A stretch of 64,000 nt of DNA from an uncultured virus (IMG/VR IMGVR_UViG_3300021093_006163). Taxonomy: Duplodnaviria > Heunggongvirae > Uroviricota > Caudoviricetes. A program made the position numbers and the translations under genes. Where the stretch lies: IMG/VR virus record IMGVR_UViG_3300021093_006163; one strand, given 5' to 3'. Below the pieces are notes generated by a model. It was not told where the DNA came from. It ran no database searches and saw only the letters and a list, made by a program, of their open reading frames with translations. Within the stretch, counting starts at the first letter, position 1, and each line of letters begins with the position of its first letter. Of this stretch, positions 28,075-38,632 are shown piece by piece.

Positions 28075-30999
28075 CTATAATGATACTTTTACGCCGCTAG
28101 AACTAGATGCAGGCTTATTTGGATCTGTGGCGGTGCCCGTCTTTCCTTTTATCTTTATCGCGACCTCCTGCAGCTGTCTAGATATTGATCTCATTGTTGC
28201 GGAGTTTGTCGGAACAAGAGTTGCTGAGGTTGTGAAAGATCCTGGACGCAAAGCGTGAGAAACAGCTTGGACCGTGTAGGAGTTATCCAGAGTTGTTCCT
28301 GTGTTAAAATCAACGTAGAATGTCTGCCCTCTATTTATGCACACATTTCCGAGCATTGAGAGTGTGACATTTGATGGCAAGATGAACACATCATCAACGA
28401 GATCGTTTGTAACGCTCTGACCCGTGCTTGACGAGGATTTTCCGCCCTGGAGTGCGGTGAGAAGATAAGCTGATTGCACCTCGCCGGACGGTTGTGAGGA
28501 ATATGTCGCATTTGAGATGCAGGAATTGTCAGCACCAATGATGAGAGTAGGGTACATGTTTGACGCGATCTGGCGTGCAACTGCCTTGTCTGTAAGCGCA
28601 AAGTTGACAAGCACCTCCTTGGCGACATCTGTGTTCTCAGTTGATCTTATTTTTGAGAATAGATCGTCAACCGTGTAGGCGCTTGATATCTCCTTCACCT
28701 GTTCGTCAATGATCGACGTTGCATTCCCGGATTTGTTCAGTCTCGCAATTCCGTTCGTGTTGATCATTGAAAAGATCAAATTTCCAAGCTTGTTGAATCC
28801 TCCAGATCTTTCGTCATAAATGACTATTCGAGCAATCTTTCTATCGGGCTTCTCGGGATTTCCCTTGCTTCCGTCCCGGCTGGTGGTGTCATACGCAGGC
28901 AAAACATCAATTTGAGACTTTATGCGTGCCGGGACAAATGCCGTGTCAACGAGAGCAATCTGCTTTTTCTCAAGATATTCAGCATTTTTTGTGTCAACAG
29001 CAGCCTCAGAAGTCTCAACGATCGTGTCGACTTCTTCCTGTAACTTCTCTGAGTCGCTCTCTGCGTCTTTCATCATTTCGACAAGCTTCTCTCTTGACAA
29101 AAGCTCAGAATTGTGACCGTAAAAAGGAGAAGCAGGATTATTGACGTATTTCAATAATAGGCCTAGCGCCTTCTCTGCAGACGATCTCTGATTTATTCCT
29201 GATTTCTTCTCTTCTTTCTCAGTTATCTCAATGAGATCCTTGACTACGATTGGAAAATTTCCAATGTTTTCCTCAGACATGAGTCCGCACGCAGAGTTGA
29301 ATGAGAAAAAATGAATCCTAACCTCATCAATGTCGGGCTGTGTCAGAACAAGAGGCTTTGCAACAAGCTTGGCAACAAGCGCGGAAAGAGGAACAGTTGT
29401 AGGCCTGTCTCCGGTGCTCTTTGGTGAGAAAAGATTGTCTTGTTTCATTACAGGGTTGATAAGATCTCTAAACTTGCTAGAAACTTTTGCAAGGTTCTCT
29501 GGCGCCAAATTTCCGTACTCGACCTCTCCTCTATCGTTTGAGACCTGACCAAACCTGAAGATGTTGTTAAATTCTTCATCAGGTGTTACAACAATTCCCG
29601 ATGTTTCAATCTGATTAAGCTTGGTAATTATCTGCTCAAGATTTGAGACATCGAGGCTCGGGTTGTCGCCTGACAACTCGCTGACAAGCTTATAAAGCGA
29701 GTAAAAATCCTCAATTCGAACAAATTTACTGTTTGTTGTTCCTGCGCCTGTGCTTGCAATGATTGTTGTCCCGACAGATGAAAATTCCGTTGTATCACTT
29801 TTTGACTTTTCCTTAACAGACTTAACGCGGATGAACTGCTTCAGAAGCGTCTGAATTGCTGTGTATGGGATTAAATTTCCGCCCGCGGTCATGACCTTTG
29901 CGCCCTTCGCAACCTGATTTCCCATTGAAATTAGAGAAATTGAGAGGTTCATAGAGGCGGCGTCTTTGGTTGATAGGCTGACAGAAGAGACTGCAAAATC
30001 CTGTACGACTCGCATGCTGTTCAGGAGCTTGGCATACACGTTACCTGCAAGCTTGTTATCGTCTGGGTGAATCCAGCCGTATGTTACTCGAAATGTAGCG
30101 GTTGGAAAAATTTCTGCTGAAGTTAGGGGCTCGATATCAGACAGCCTCGATCTATCGTGCAGCACAAGCTTTAGATCGATCTTCGTCTGTGCATACAATG
30201 ATCCATTGATTCCTGTCTGCTGGATATTGGCGCTCTCTAGCGTTAAAAGGGGCATTATCGGGTCGAGAAGCTGGACACCTCTTTGCTGGAGGTCAGACTC
30301 AGAATTTGATGCATAGCCTGGCGCTGCTAGGGTCTGTGGCATGCAAAAAATTTCCATGCCAGCGACATCATATCCAAACTTCGTCTTTGTGTCGGTCGAA
30401 TTGTATCCGTGAAGAACTGAGGGTGATAGGGGATCGCCTTTGTCACCAGGCTTTGCCCCTACAAATCTAAGCGTGCTAAGCTGCCCAAGGCCAGAAGACT
30501 CCTGTGGATAGATGATTTTGACATCAAAATATGGCACGCAAAGTGACATTTCAACAGGAGGAACAAGGTTGCAAAACGCTGCTGCAATATCAGTCAGCGT
30601 CGAGGAGAAATCGACGCGCGTCAATGCAGCATGCTGCATCATTGATATTTTCTTCTTTTTAAGATCGCTAGATTCTGCTTCTTCCGGCTTGGCAAAAATA
30701 ACAGCGTAGTCTAGATTTGAATTTCCCGATTCGTCAACAGCGACGGCGCCTGATTCAACAATCTCTATCACCATCTGATCATAGAGCGGAATTGCACCTG
30801 TTGATCCTAGCAGCTTTTCTGTGAGCGCTCCTTCGTCTGTGGCAAAAGAATTTTGTGCCACTGACTGGACACTCTGCGCTTGAGTCGAGATAATCTCAGA
30901 CAAAGATGCGAAGGAGACATACCTGAGTAGTTCGTTTGCAGCGTTTCTTATCTCTGTGTATGATTTTATGTTTTCAGTAAGACTGCTAAGGGCAGGCAT
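28075..30999 (-). CDS. putative baseplate hub / tail-associated structural protein
   Basis: Position in the baseplate module; VTYGW and C-terminal MLGN...GQ.FYVDFNTGT..DN.Y.V..VSH pattern typical of hub proteins. Confidence 0.55.
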   Translation of the reverse strand: MPALSSLTENIKSYTEIRNAANELLRYVSFASLSEIISTQAQSVQSVAQNSFATDEGALTEKLLGSTGAIPLYDQMVIEIVESGAVAVDESGNSNLDYAVIFAKPEEAESSDLKKKKISMMQHAALTRVDFSSTLTDIAAAFCNLVPPVEMSLCVPYFDVKIIYPQESSGLGQLSTLRFVGAKPGDKGDPLSPSVLHGYNSTDTKTKFGYDVAGMEIFCMPQTLAAPGYASNSESDLQQRGVQLLDPIMPLLTLESANIQQTGINGSLYAQTKIDLKLVLHDRSRLSDIEPLTSAEIFPTATFRVTYGWIHPDDNKLAGNVYAKLLNSMRVVQDFAVSSVSLSTKDAASMNLSISLISMGNQVAKGAKVMTAGGNLIPYTAIQTLLKQFIRVKSVKEKSKSDTTEFSSVGTTIIASTGAGTTNSKFVRIEDFYSLYKLVSELSGDNPSLDVSNLEQIITKLNQIETSGIVVTPDEEFNNIFRFGQVSNDRGEVEYGNLAPENLAKVSSKFRDLINPVMKQDNLFSPKSTGDRPTTVPLSALVAKLVAKPLVLTQPDIDEVRIHFFSFNSACGLMSEENIGNFPIVVKDLIEITEKEEKKSGINQRSSAEKALGLLLKYVNNPASPFYGHNSELLSREKLVEMMKDAESDSEKLQEEVDTIVETSEAAVDTKNAEYLEKKQIALVDTAFVPARIKSQIDVLPAYDTTSRDGSKGNPEKPDRKIARIVIYDERSGGFNKLGNLIFSMINTNGIARLNKSGNATSIIDEQVKEISSAYTVDDLFSKIRSTENTDVAKEVLVNFALTDKAVARQIASNMYPTLIIGADNSCISNATYSSQPSGEVQSAYLLTALQGGKSSSSTGQSVTNDLVDDVFILPSNVTLSMLGNVCINRGQTFYVDFNTGTTLDNSYTVQAVSHALRPGSFTTSATLVPTNSATMRSISRQLQEVAIKIKGKTGTATDPNKPASSSSGVKVSL

Positions 31000-31001
31000 G
31001 T

Positions 31002-31295
31002 CTACCTCAGAAGCCTGTAGATTGCATTGAGGTCAGTTGGCACTCTGAGCGTGGTTCCAGGCGGGCATTGAAGAGCCCATCCGATACCAGAGGCAGATGC
31101 AATCACCCACCACAGGGTTGGATCTCCGTAGTTTTTTGCTGCTATGTGATCTAGACGCTGCTTGTCTGCAAGACTGATGACATTGTGGCGCACCTGGTTA
31201 TTTTTGACAGCAAAGTATATTTTTGAACTTATTACGCTGGTCGATATCTTTTCTCCGTTGATCCTGTTCAAAAATGAGTATCTGCTTGTCGCCAT
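31002..31295 (-). CDS. LysM-like baseplate protein (gp53/tail X-like)
   Basis: RLDHIAAKNYGDPTLWWVIA...GTTLRVP. Confidence 0.75.
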   Translation of the reverse strand: MATSRYSFLNRINGEKISTSVISSKIYFAVKNNQVRHNVISLADKQRLDHIAAKNYGDPTLWWVIASASGIGWALQCPPGTTLRVPTDLNAIYRLLR

Positions 31296-31316
31296 TTTTC
31301 CCTCTGCATCTTAAAA

Positions 31317-34300
31317 TTATTCGATCCTAAACGGATCTGTTGACTGCGCGTACTCCGCCGTTGCGCCTGACTTCTTGTAGAAGTACCTGCTGGCATTACC
31401 GCCGTCAGCACGAGAATGACCGAACGCATCGTGCATAATCTGTCCAACGTTGTAAATTGGTGCTCGATTAAATCCGTTAGAGTCAAGGCCTGGAGATATA
31501 TCGTGAATTGGAGCAAATCTCATTGTGACTTTGCAAGATGTTGGTGCTCGAGAATTCCAGTCAACCTCCCAGGGAGTTTCCATCCAGGAGAATGACATGC
31601 TCTTCGCAACACCTGCCAGTCCTTCGCCCATTCGATCCTCAAAAGCGCGAGTAATGGGGTTGTTATAAGGAGATGTGAAAGTTCTTCCTAGGGATCCAAA
31701 AAGATCTGCGAGAGGTGTGTCTATTGGTGCATCAAAGCTAGTGTTTGATGCTAGCGCTGTGTTTATTCCGTTTGTCGCCGAGGTGCTAACAACTCCAGTG
31801 AGTCCGGTGATCAGTCCCGCTGATAAAAGCACGCCGGGCCAGGATCCCGGATCAACTATCTGCCCTGCATCAACAAATAGATCTGCGGCTGAAACATCAA
31901 ATTTTGTGCCGTTTAGCGTGGTTCCGACTGTTGTGTCGTCTATTGTAATATTGTAAACGACTCCTGTATTTCCTGACTTGGCAGAGTTTATCTTCACAAA
32001 GACGGGTCTGCGCAACCTGACATATGTCGGGCTATCACCTGACGTGGCAGCATAGGGTGTTGAGCGCGCCTTCAAAAGGGTCCTGCCAGATATTCCAACT
32101 TTTTGTAAAAATTCATCCAATTCTGCGCTACCAAACAAATTGAAATCTCTGTTGATTCCAAAATTGGAAGGCTCAGTAATTCCATTTCTAAAGAAAGCCT
32201 CACGATCGGCTGCGAGCAGAGGATTCACAAATCCATTCTTCAGCAGGTATGCGGCGAGTTCAGCAGCAACATCGATTCCGGCTAGAGCGGCTCCGGATCC
32301 AAGCCCAGTTCCTATCATCGAAGAGAACTGTGTAAGCTCCATCGGAGATGCAGCAAACAAAAGGAAGGGCGCAAGCCGCAGATCAAAGTTTCCAATATCC
32401 TTCAAAGGAGATGCTAAGTCAGAAATTCCCTTTGCTACACTTTCAGCACCTCCTGAAGGAGTATCAAGTGTGTAAGCATTAAATGTATCGTTTCCAACTC
32501 CAAAAAGTTTTGCAAAGTTAGAGCGTGTATAGTTTGTCTTGATTAGGTCTCCTACGCGCAATCTTATCACTGGAGTCCCACCAGCAAGCTGGCTGAAAGG
32601 TTGCTCAAAGTTCAAAACCTGGCCCGTAAATACAGCGTCAGATATTGTCAATCCATCACCTTGAGACACAAGCCTGCCGCGTGTATACTTCGGGTACAGA
32701 AGAGTTGTGAGCTTATTGATTTTGTACCACATCTCATCAAAGTCCTCTCGGGACGTGGATATTAGCCAAAAAGAGATCTGGATGTCTCGAGAGGTGTTAG
32801 AGTAGTTTTGGACCGCATCAGATCTACCGAAACCCTTGGTCTCCGAGAAGTTAGCGGTGAACCCGTCAGTGATCGTGTCAAGAAAGCCGTGAAAGGCAAC
32901 AATTTCATTTGTTCGAAGGTCTCTAAAGTAAAACGGCAGGTACTCCGCGCCAAGTCTATCCTCTAGCAGGCGCGCTGTCACCGAGGGAATTATACCAGAA
33001 TTTCTGATTCCTTTTACATAGGTCTTGTCGTACAGCGTTGACCCGAGCATTCCCTTGATAGGGTTTGAACCCTTGGTCTGGTCAAACATGTAGTCGAGAT
33101 CAAAAGCAGCTGCCATCGCCTCGACTGGCAGGATCAAAGCACTGGGTAATGCGCTGTTTCTCCAGGCTAGAGACGATCGACTCAACAGTTTTCCATCTCT
33201 GGATTTCATCTGCCTCGTGCCGGCAACACTCGGGTAGGCGTTCATATCATAGGGATTCTTAAAGTCTATGTTTCCAGAATCAATCTCTGCGGTCGTGGTT
33301 CCGCTCTGTATTACAAGATGCTGGTAGCCTATAGAAGCAAAAACGTTCATGATCTTGAATATGAGAGAATCCTTCATTCCAAGGAGGCAGCGTGCGTAAT
33401 CAGTGCCGTCAAGCTGAGTCGCTGCTGATTGAATGCTCGAAGCAGTCCTGATTGCGTTCTCTGATATTGACCGCCAGAAACCGTGCGAGAGACCCATATA
33501 GGATTGAAAGTAATCTCGATTTAGGTCTTTTGCAATCTTTTCGACCTGTACCCTATAGAGGGAAGCAATTGAATTCCCAGTTATCTCTGCTGGTACAATC
33601 TTAGGAGGGCCAGAGACGTTGGTCGCTGCGCTCCTGGAAAGCAACTCGAATCCCATACAGGCGTACAATCCCTCAGAAACACATGCAGTGTAGCTATAGA
33701 TTCCAGTCTGAAACATAAAAGATCTGATTAGCGCGCGGGTCTTTGTTGTGACAACTGACTTTATGCTCGACCCAGGCTTATAAGGACCTCGGAGAACATC
33801 GTCATTTTGGATCTGCATCTCACTGTAATACGACTCATAGTTGACGAGCTTTTTCTCAATTAAGGATCCAAGCGCAAGCATTGAAATCGCAGCTTGCAGA
33901 GACTGAATCTTAAGTGAAGATGCGCTGTAAGGATTTTCTCCGAATGTCTGATCAGGTGTGTACATCGAGCCTCTGGTTCTCATGTACACTGAATCTTCAA
34001 CAGATCGCTGTATTGCGTCGCCTCTGCCGTCCAAAAAGCTGCTGCCATCGGAATTTGTAGGCATCCCATAGGAATTCTGTGCCCTAAACGGTTCAACCTC
34101 TGATTGGTTTGTGCGAGAAATTTCGGGGAACCTACCTAAAGTGCTTGCGGAGATATCGTCAAATGCTCGATTTGGATCTGTTGCATCTGCAGGATTTGTC
34201 GAAGAATCCCAGCCTGCTGCCTTGAGGAGCATGCTCCTTGCTATCTTTGAGAGTGCCGTCTGATCAATCTCGGCAGAGACTTCAACAACATTAGGTTCAT

Positions 34301-34955
34301 AGACACCTTCTCCTGTCTGAAATCTAAGGTTTCGACTTGAATCATAGTCGGATTCTGTGATTGTGCTCTCGCTTGAGTCAATAGCAAATCCAGGCGGCTC
34401 AGAGGTTGGTGAAAACTGATTGTACTTGCGAAGAAATGCGAAGGAAGCTACGACGGCTTGGGACTGGTCTACAGCTGCATCCGAATTTGATTCAGCGCTT
34501 ACAACATCCTGTAGCAGACTATTTCCGGACGTGGCGGATCCATCACCCGTCTTGTCCACAATTTCACCCAGCGGGTATCCCGCGCTATCAAATATCAGAC
34601 TGTTTGAACGATTTAAACTTTCAACGCTCTCGCTATCGCTCGAGCCAGCAAAAACCCGGGCCGCGCTGCTCGTCTCTGCATCTGGAATGGCGTTGCCCCT
34701 GATAGGTGGCACTGCCTCGTGGACACCCGGTGATATCGGATAATCATTGTCCTGTGTGACGTGTGCGATATAGTCTCCAAGCAGTGACTCACCGGTGGAA
34801 AACTTTAGAAGCTCCCGACCGGTGCCAGGCTCGATGCCAAGATCATCTCCATCGCCAACAATCAGATCTGAACCCGGATCAACGGGCATGGAAATGCTAT
34901 TATTGGTCGACCCGATGCTGGTCAGGAAGTCACGGAGTGTTTGACGAGTTGGCAT
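31317..34955 (-). CDS. large baseplate/tail-tube-initiator-like structural protein
   Basis: PFYFRDLR...F...GRSD.VQNY..T.R.I.ISF...P.IRLRVGDLI tube-fold-like segment; located after the tape measure gene. Confidence 0.55.
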   Translation of the reverse strand: MPTRQTLRDFLTSIGSTNNSISMPVDPGSDLIVGDGDDLGIEPGTGRELLKFSTGESLLGDYIAHVTQDNDYPISPGVHEAVPPIRGNAIPDAETSSAARVFAGSSDSESVESLNRSNSLIFDSAGYPLGEIVDKTGDGSATSGNSLLQDVVSAESNSDAAVDQSQAVVASFAFLRKYNQFSPTSEPPGFAIDSSESTITESDYDSSRNLRFQTGEGVYEPNVVEVSAEIDQTALSKIARSMLLKAAGWDSSTNPADATDPNRAFDDISASTLGRFPEISRTNQSEVEPFRAQNSYGMPTNSDGSSFLDGRGDAIQRSVEDSVYMRTRGSMYTPDQTFGENPYSASSLKIQSLQAAISMLALGSLIEKKLVNYESYYSEMQIQNDDVLRGPYKPGSSIKSVVTTKTRALIRSFMFQTGIYSYTACVSEGLYACMGFELLSRSAATNVSGPPKIVPAEITGNSIASLYRVQVEKIAKDLNRDYFQSYMGLSHGFWRSISENAIRTASSIQSAATQLDGTDYARCLLGMKDSLIFKIMNVFASIGYQHLVIQSGTTTAEIDSGNIDFKNPYDMNAYPSVAGTRQMKSRDGKLLSRSSLAWRNSALPSALILPVEAMAAAFDLDYMFDQTKGSNPIKGMLGSTLYDKTYVKGIRNSGIIPSVTARLLEDRLGAEYLPFYFRDLRTNEIVAFHGFLDTITDGFTANFSETKGFGRSDAVQNYSNTSRDIQISFWLISTSREDFDEMWYKINKLTTLLYPKYTRGRLVSQGDGLTISDAVFTGQVLNFEQPFSQLAGGTPVIRLRVGDLIKTNYTRSNFAKLFGVGNDTFNAYTLDTPSGGAESVAKGISDLASPLKDIGNFDLRLAPFLLFAASPMELTQFSSMIGTGLGSGAALAGIDVAAELAAYLLKNGFVNPLLAADREAFFRNGITEPSNFGINRDFNLFGSAELDEFLQKVGISGRTLLKARSTPYAATSGDSPTYVRLRRPVFVKINSAKSGNTGVVYNITIDDTTVGTTLNGTKFDVSAADLFVDAGQIVDPGSWPGVLLSAGLITGLTGVVSTSATNGINTALASNTSFDAPIDTPLADLFGSLGRTFTSPYNNPITRAFEDRMGEGLAGVAKSMSFSWMETPWEVDWNSRAPTSCKVTMRFAPIHDISPGLDSNGFNRAPIYNVGQIMHDAFGHSRADGGNASRYFYKKSGATAEYAQSTDPFRIE

Positions 34956-35127
34956 GATTCTCCGCAGAATTTATGGGGTCCGCCATATTAGGTATCTCTC
35001 CTAGCGACTCTTCAAGAGAAACAAGGAATGCGTCGGACATATGAGCGGAGTCTATCGCATCGGCAGTCTCGTCCATGAGGGACATGAGTGCCGTTATAAA
35101 GCTGTCATCCCTGTCAATTTCGCTCAT
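34930..35127 (-). CDS. hypothetical protein
   Basis: ATGA overlap with the upstream gene; operon context. Confidence 0.55.
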   Translation of the reverse strand: MSEIDRDDSFITALMSLMDETADAIDSAHMSDAFLVSLEESLGEIPNMADPINSAENHANSSNTP

Positions 35128-36941
35128 TGCCTGACTCCGTCGGCGTCGGTGGAACCCCTAACGACAAATTGCAAGGTAGTACCTCCAACGCTGACACCGT
35201 TTGTAAGATCTCTTGCAACCTCGGCTGTTAGTCCTGGCCCCAAATTTAATTCAACAATGTGTCGGTACTCGGTAGATTGAGCCGGAGCGGCCGGAGAAGG
35301 CGACGGCGACGGCGCCGCGGCTGGCGCAGGTGCAGTACCCGATTCAGAAGTTGCAGGTGCAGGAACTGGAGCAGCCGGCGCGACAGGCACTGCAACGGGA
35401 GCCGGAGCCGAAACTGTGCCCTCGACCGGCACGAGCTGAGGAACCGCGGGCGCGCGGGCAGCATCAGGCTCAGGGACGGCAGCTGCCGGAGATCCAAGCG
35501 TTTTTTCAGAGAATTTATCTAGGGCGCCCCTGTATAGCTCAATCTTGCTCCTGTAAGAATCAAGCTGCTCTCCTGCTGCATCAATGATATCAGCGGTTAT
35601 TCTTGTCGATGCTGAGTATGCTCGCTCTATGCTTGTGGCATATTCGAGAGTTGCTGACTTCATGCCTGCGAGACGTTTCGTCAAATCCTCGGCAGTTACA
35701 TCATCAAGTCGCTTCATGCTAGCCACTAGAGACTTTGTCTCCTCGTCGCCAAGCTTTTCTTTCTTCGCTGCTATTTCTTCCTGCGCGCTCTCAATATCAT
35801 CAAAGTTGTCGCTCAGGATTCTCTTCATTATCAGCGGATCGACGCCAAAAGCCTGCGCGATGTTCTTCTGCTGGATGAAGTTCATCTCCTCAAACTCAAC
35901 TCCCTGTGATTCAAGCTGATCACGCAGCGAGAGAAGAAATGCCTCCTGATCTGTGTTTGCAAGCTCAAATAGCTCCAGAGTATCAAGCGTCGCGCCTGTT
36001 GATGCTGCTAGGTTGCTCATTGTGGCAGCAGCCCTGTCAAAGCTCTGGAAGTTATTTGCCAAAGATGTCACGTCCGAAATATTCATACCGAGCTTCGATA
36101 CCGTGACGCTAAGCGCAGACATCTGATCGATTGTCATCATTCCAAATGTGTTGAAGTTATTCAACATCGCATTCAGGTCCTTTGTCACCTGCTCAATTGG
36201 CTGACCTGTTGCCTGCGCTGTTGCAATTGCAGTCTTCTGGTAGTTCATCAGAAACTCACCGGATATCTTTCCTGTCTCTGATAGCTCATACTGCAATATT
36301 TTGTTAATCTGCTGTGAGCTTAGACCTAGATTTCTCTGAGCCAAACGCGTCATCTCGAGCATCTCCTTGGTCGTGCCTTCGGTCGCAGCACGAAATAGTC
36401 TCGAATCTCTCAGCGCAGACTCAGAGTAAGAAGACAAAAAGTCTGACGCATCCCCGAAGGCCGCTAGCGCAACCTTGGTCCCGTTAGCAAGCTGAATCTC
36501 AGCATCAGCTATGTCATTGACAGCCTTGAAGGCATTCCTAGACATTTGCTCAGCAACTGTATCAACACCAAACTTTCCCGATGATATAGCCTCTGCATTT
36601 AGGCCAGAGATTCCCTCGATTACCGATGCTATCTCGATTGTCTGTACGCCTAGCTCTTCAGCGCTCGTTAGCACTTCCTTGAGTGGCTTGATGATGGTAT
36701 CAGCGATCCCCAGAATTGCCATATCTGCGGCTGTCTTCAGTGAGTAGCCAAGTATGCCAAGTGCATCGTCAGAGAAGGAAGTCACAACATCTTTGTATTT
36801 TTCAGCAACTTGATCAAAAGTTGCAGCTGCGCGGTCAGCCACAAGGCCATCGCCGGTCGAGCCTCCGAGGCCGCGTCCGGCGGCTGGTGGTGCTCCAGCA
36901 GGAGCCGGCTGCGCTGTTGGGATATCGATAGGATTTGCCAT
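35124..36941 (-). CDS. putative tape measure protein
   Basis: Ala/Leu/Gln-rich helical protein directly after tube and chaperone genes; Ala/Pro-rich C-terminus. Confidence 0.65.
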   Translation of the reverse strand: MANPIDIPTAQPAPAGAPPAAGRGLGGSTGDGLVADRAAATFDQVAEKYKDVVTSFSDDALGILGYSLKTAADMAILGIADTIIKPLKEVLTSAEELGVQTIEIASVIEGISGLNAEAISSGKFGVDTVAEQMSRNAFKAVNDIADAEIQLANGTKVALAAFGDASDFLSSYSESALRDSRLFRAATEGTTKEMLEMTRLAQRNLGLSSQQINKILQYELSETGKISGEFLMNYQKTAIATAQATGQPIEQVTKDLNAMLNNFNTFGMMTIDQMSALSVTVSKLGMNISDVTSLANNFQSFDRAAATMSNLAASTGATLDTLELFELANTDQEAFLLSLRDQLESQGVEFEEMNFIQQKNIAQAFGVDPLIMKRILSDNFDDIESAQEEIAAKKEKLGDEETKSLVASMKRLDDVTAEDLTKRLAGMKSATLEYATSIERAYSASTRITADIIDAAGEQLDSYRSKIELYRGALDKFSEKTLGSPAAAVPEPDAARAPAVPQLVPVEGTVSAPAPVAVPVAPAAPVPAPATSESGTAPAPAAAPSPSPSPAAPAQSTEYRHIVELNLGPGLTAEVARDLTNGVSVGGTTLQFVVRGSTDADGVRQ

Positions 36942-36952
36942 ATTTTTATGTA

Positions 36953-37163
36953 TTACCTACGTGTGATCGGAGTGTCATCATCGAGGCCGTACTGATCAAG
37001 AGGCTGAGCAGATCTTTGCTCCTTTGCAAGCCGGGCCAGAAACCAGCGTCGATATGATATTGGCATACATCGTAGCGCCTCGTAGCTCACATGAAGCCGG
37101 CGCATCAGGAAGAAAAACTCCTCCAATATGACTTCTCTACTTTCGTTATTCAGGCCAAAAAAA
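36953..37163 (-). CDS. frameshift extension of tail assembly chaperone (GT-like)
   Basis: Reading frame entered at the T7 run 37157..37163: FFGLNNESREVILEEFFFLM...MPISYRRWFL. Confidence 0.65.
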
Positions 37164-37982
37164 TGTAGCACCCAAGGGCAGACCCACCTTTGACTCAGCG
37201 CCACACAGCTTGCAGCTGAAATCAACTTGCATCTTAAGGCCGGGCTCTATCTCGACCATGAAGTTTCTAAGTGCTCTGCTGTCTGCTGCAGGCATCGCCC
37301 TCACAAAGGCGCTGATAGCTGCTCTGTCATTTTTTCCATCGATGCTAACAATTTGATTTTCAAGCTGCGTAGTTACAGTGCCTTCAACCTTTGCATCCGG
37401 AAACAGGCGCCTCATCCGCTCTCTGGTGCGTGTCGCCTCTTCCTCATCTCCGTTCGTCATCAGCTTAAAGATGACAGACTTTTTGGTGATCGGAAGCGTG
37501 AATGAGAATTCATTAATTCCGTGCTTGATCGGATTCGCGCCAAGGCGCTTGATCTCGAGACCCGCCAGATCAAACACGTCTGTGCTCTGTCTGTCGCAAG
37601 AGGGGCAAGTGACCGTGGCTTTGTAGTCAGTGCCGTAGCCTGTGATCCTGATCGATACGAGCATAGCATTTCTATCACCAGTCAGCAGGTCTTTCGGATC
37701 GACATTCTTGTCAATTAGGCAGCTCTTAATTAGGTTGTGAAGAACTGTGCCCTCCTTGATGAGAGCACGTGACATTAGAATGTCTTCCTCTTGAGCGGTC
37801 ATTGCCTTTATCTGCAAGGTCTGCCGATTGTGAAGTGGGCTGTTGGGAGGATATATTACTCCGCCAGAAGGAAGCGGAACATCCTCAACCGGAACAGACC
37901 ATCCGAAGACGTCCTGCACGGGTGATGATCTTGGGATCTGGCTGACTGGATCTTGAGTTGGGATGTCTGTCTTTTTTGGCAT
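37146..37982 (-). CDS. baseplate hub assembly / tail assembly chaperone (T4 gp26-like)
   Basis: LPSGG.IYP, MTAQEEDIL, GDRNA.L..IRI..YG, two CxxC, ends FFWP. Confidence 0.75.
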   Translation of the reverse strand: MPKKTDIPTQDPVSQIPRSSPVQDVFGWSVPVEDVPLPSGGVIYPPNSPLHNRQTLQIKAMTAQEEDILMSRALIKEGTVLHNLIKSCLIDKNVDPKDLLTGDRNAMLVSIRITGYGTDYKATVTCPSCDRQSTDVFDLAGLEIKRLGANPIKHGINEFSFTLPITKKSVIFKLMTNGDEEEATRTRERMRRLFPDAKVEGTVTTQLENQIVSIDGKNDRAAISAFVRAMPAADSRALRNFMVEIEPGLKMQVDFSCKLCGAESKVGLPLGATFFWPE

Positions 37983-38069
37983 GCTCTCTCTGTAGGCATT
38001 AATTAAAACTGCCTAAACACCCTTTATAATAGATGCTCAAGCAGTTTTAGTTAAGGTATTTTACAGAGA

Positions 38070-38567
38070 TTAGTACTGAAGCACGCACTGATCAAATCTG
38101 ATAGTAAGCGCGATGTCAATTGGATCATCCGCGTTGTAATCAAGCGTCTGGAAGTTTGCTGACTCAAGGAAGGCTCCTTTGATGTCCCAGAGCTCAACAA
38201 CAGTTCCAATTGGATCGAGCATCTTGAGCTGGATGTCACGCTTGTAAAAGTCAGCGTAACCTGAGCGGCCTGACACTGACTCATGATGCGTGCGGATCCA
38301 CTCCATCACCTGTTGCGCGCCAGAAGGAGCAATAGGATCGTGCAGGTTGACGGTCATCGTCTGGAACTCCAGCCGCTTTGAGATGTACCTCTGCGTGTTC
38401 ATCCATGGAATCTTGATGCTTGCCATCTGGAATTGAGGACGTGCTGCCGTCTTGATGATAAATGCGTCAATTCCTTCGATTGTAAAGATCCAGCGGTGCT
38501 TTCTCTTTGGCTCGAACTTATTGGGAAGCATATCTGTGACAGAAAGCGTCTCTGCCGATGTTGCCAT
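38070..38567 (-). CDS. gp19: tail tube protein (gp19-like)
   Basis: FEPKR..RW, GYADFYKRDI.L.MLDP.G.VVE.W...GAF; follows the sheath genes. Confidence 0.85.
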   Translation of the reverse strand: MATSAETLSVTDMLPNKFEPKRKHRWIFTIEGIDAFIIKTAARPQFQMASIKIPWMNTQRYISKRLEFQTMTVNLHDPIAPSGAQQVMEWIRTHHESVSGRSGYADFYKRDIQLKMLDPIGTVVELWDIKGAFLESANFQTLDYNADDPIDIALTIRFDQCVLQY

Positions 38568-38632
38568 TTGTTGCTCCTGATATTCTTACTTATCTTGAAG
38601 TGTGAGTTCTTAACTAATTCAGCTGCCCTAGA

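Noticed and set aside
35270..35500. GC-rich quasi-repeats near the end of the tape measure gene
   Set aside because: Explained by an Ala/Pro-rich protein linker; no regular repeat-spacer structure.
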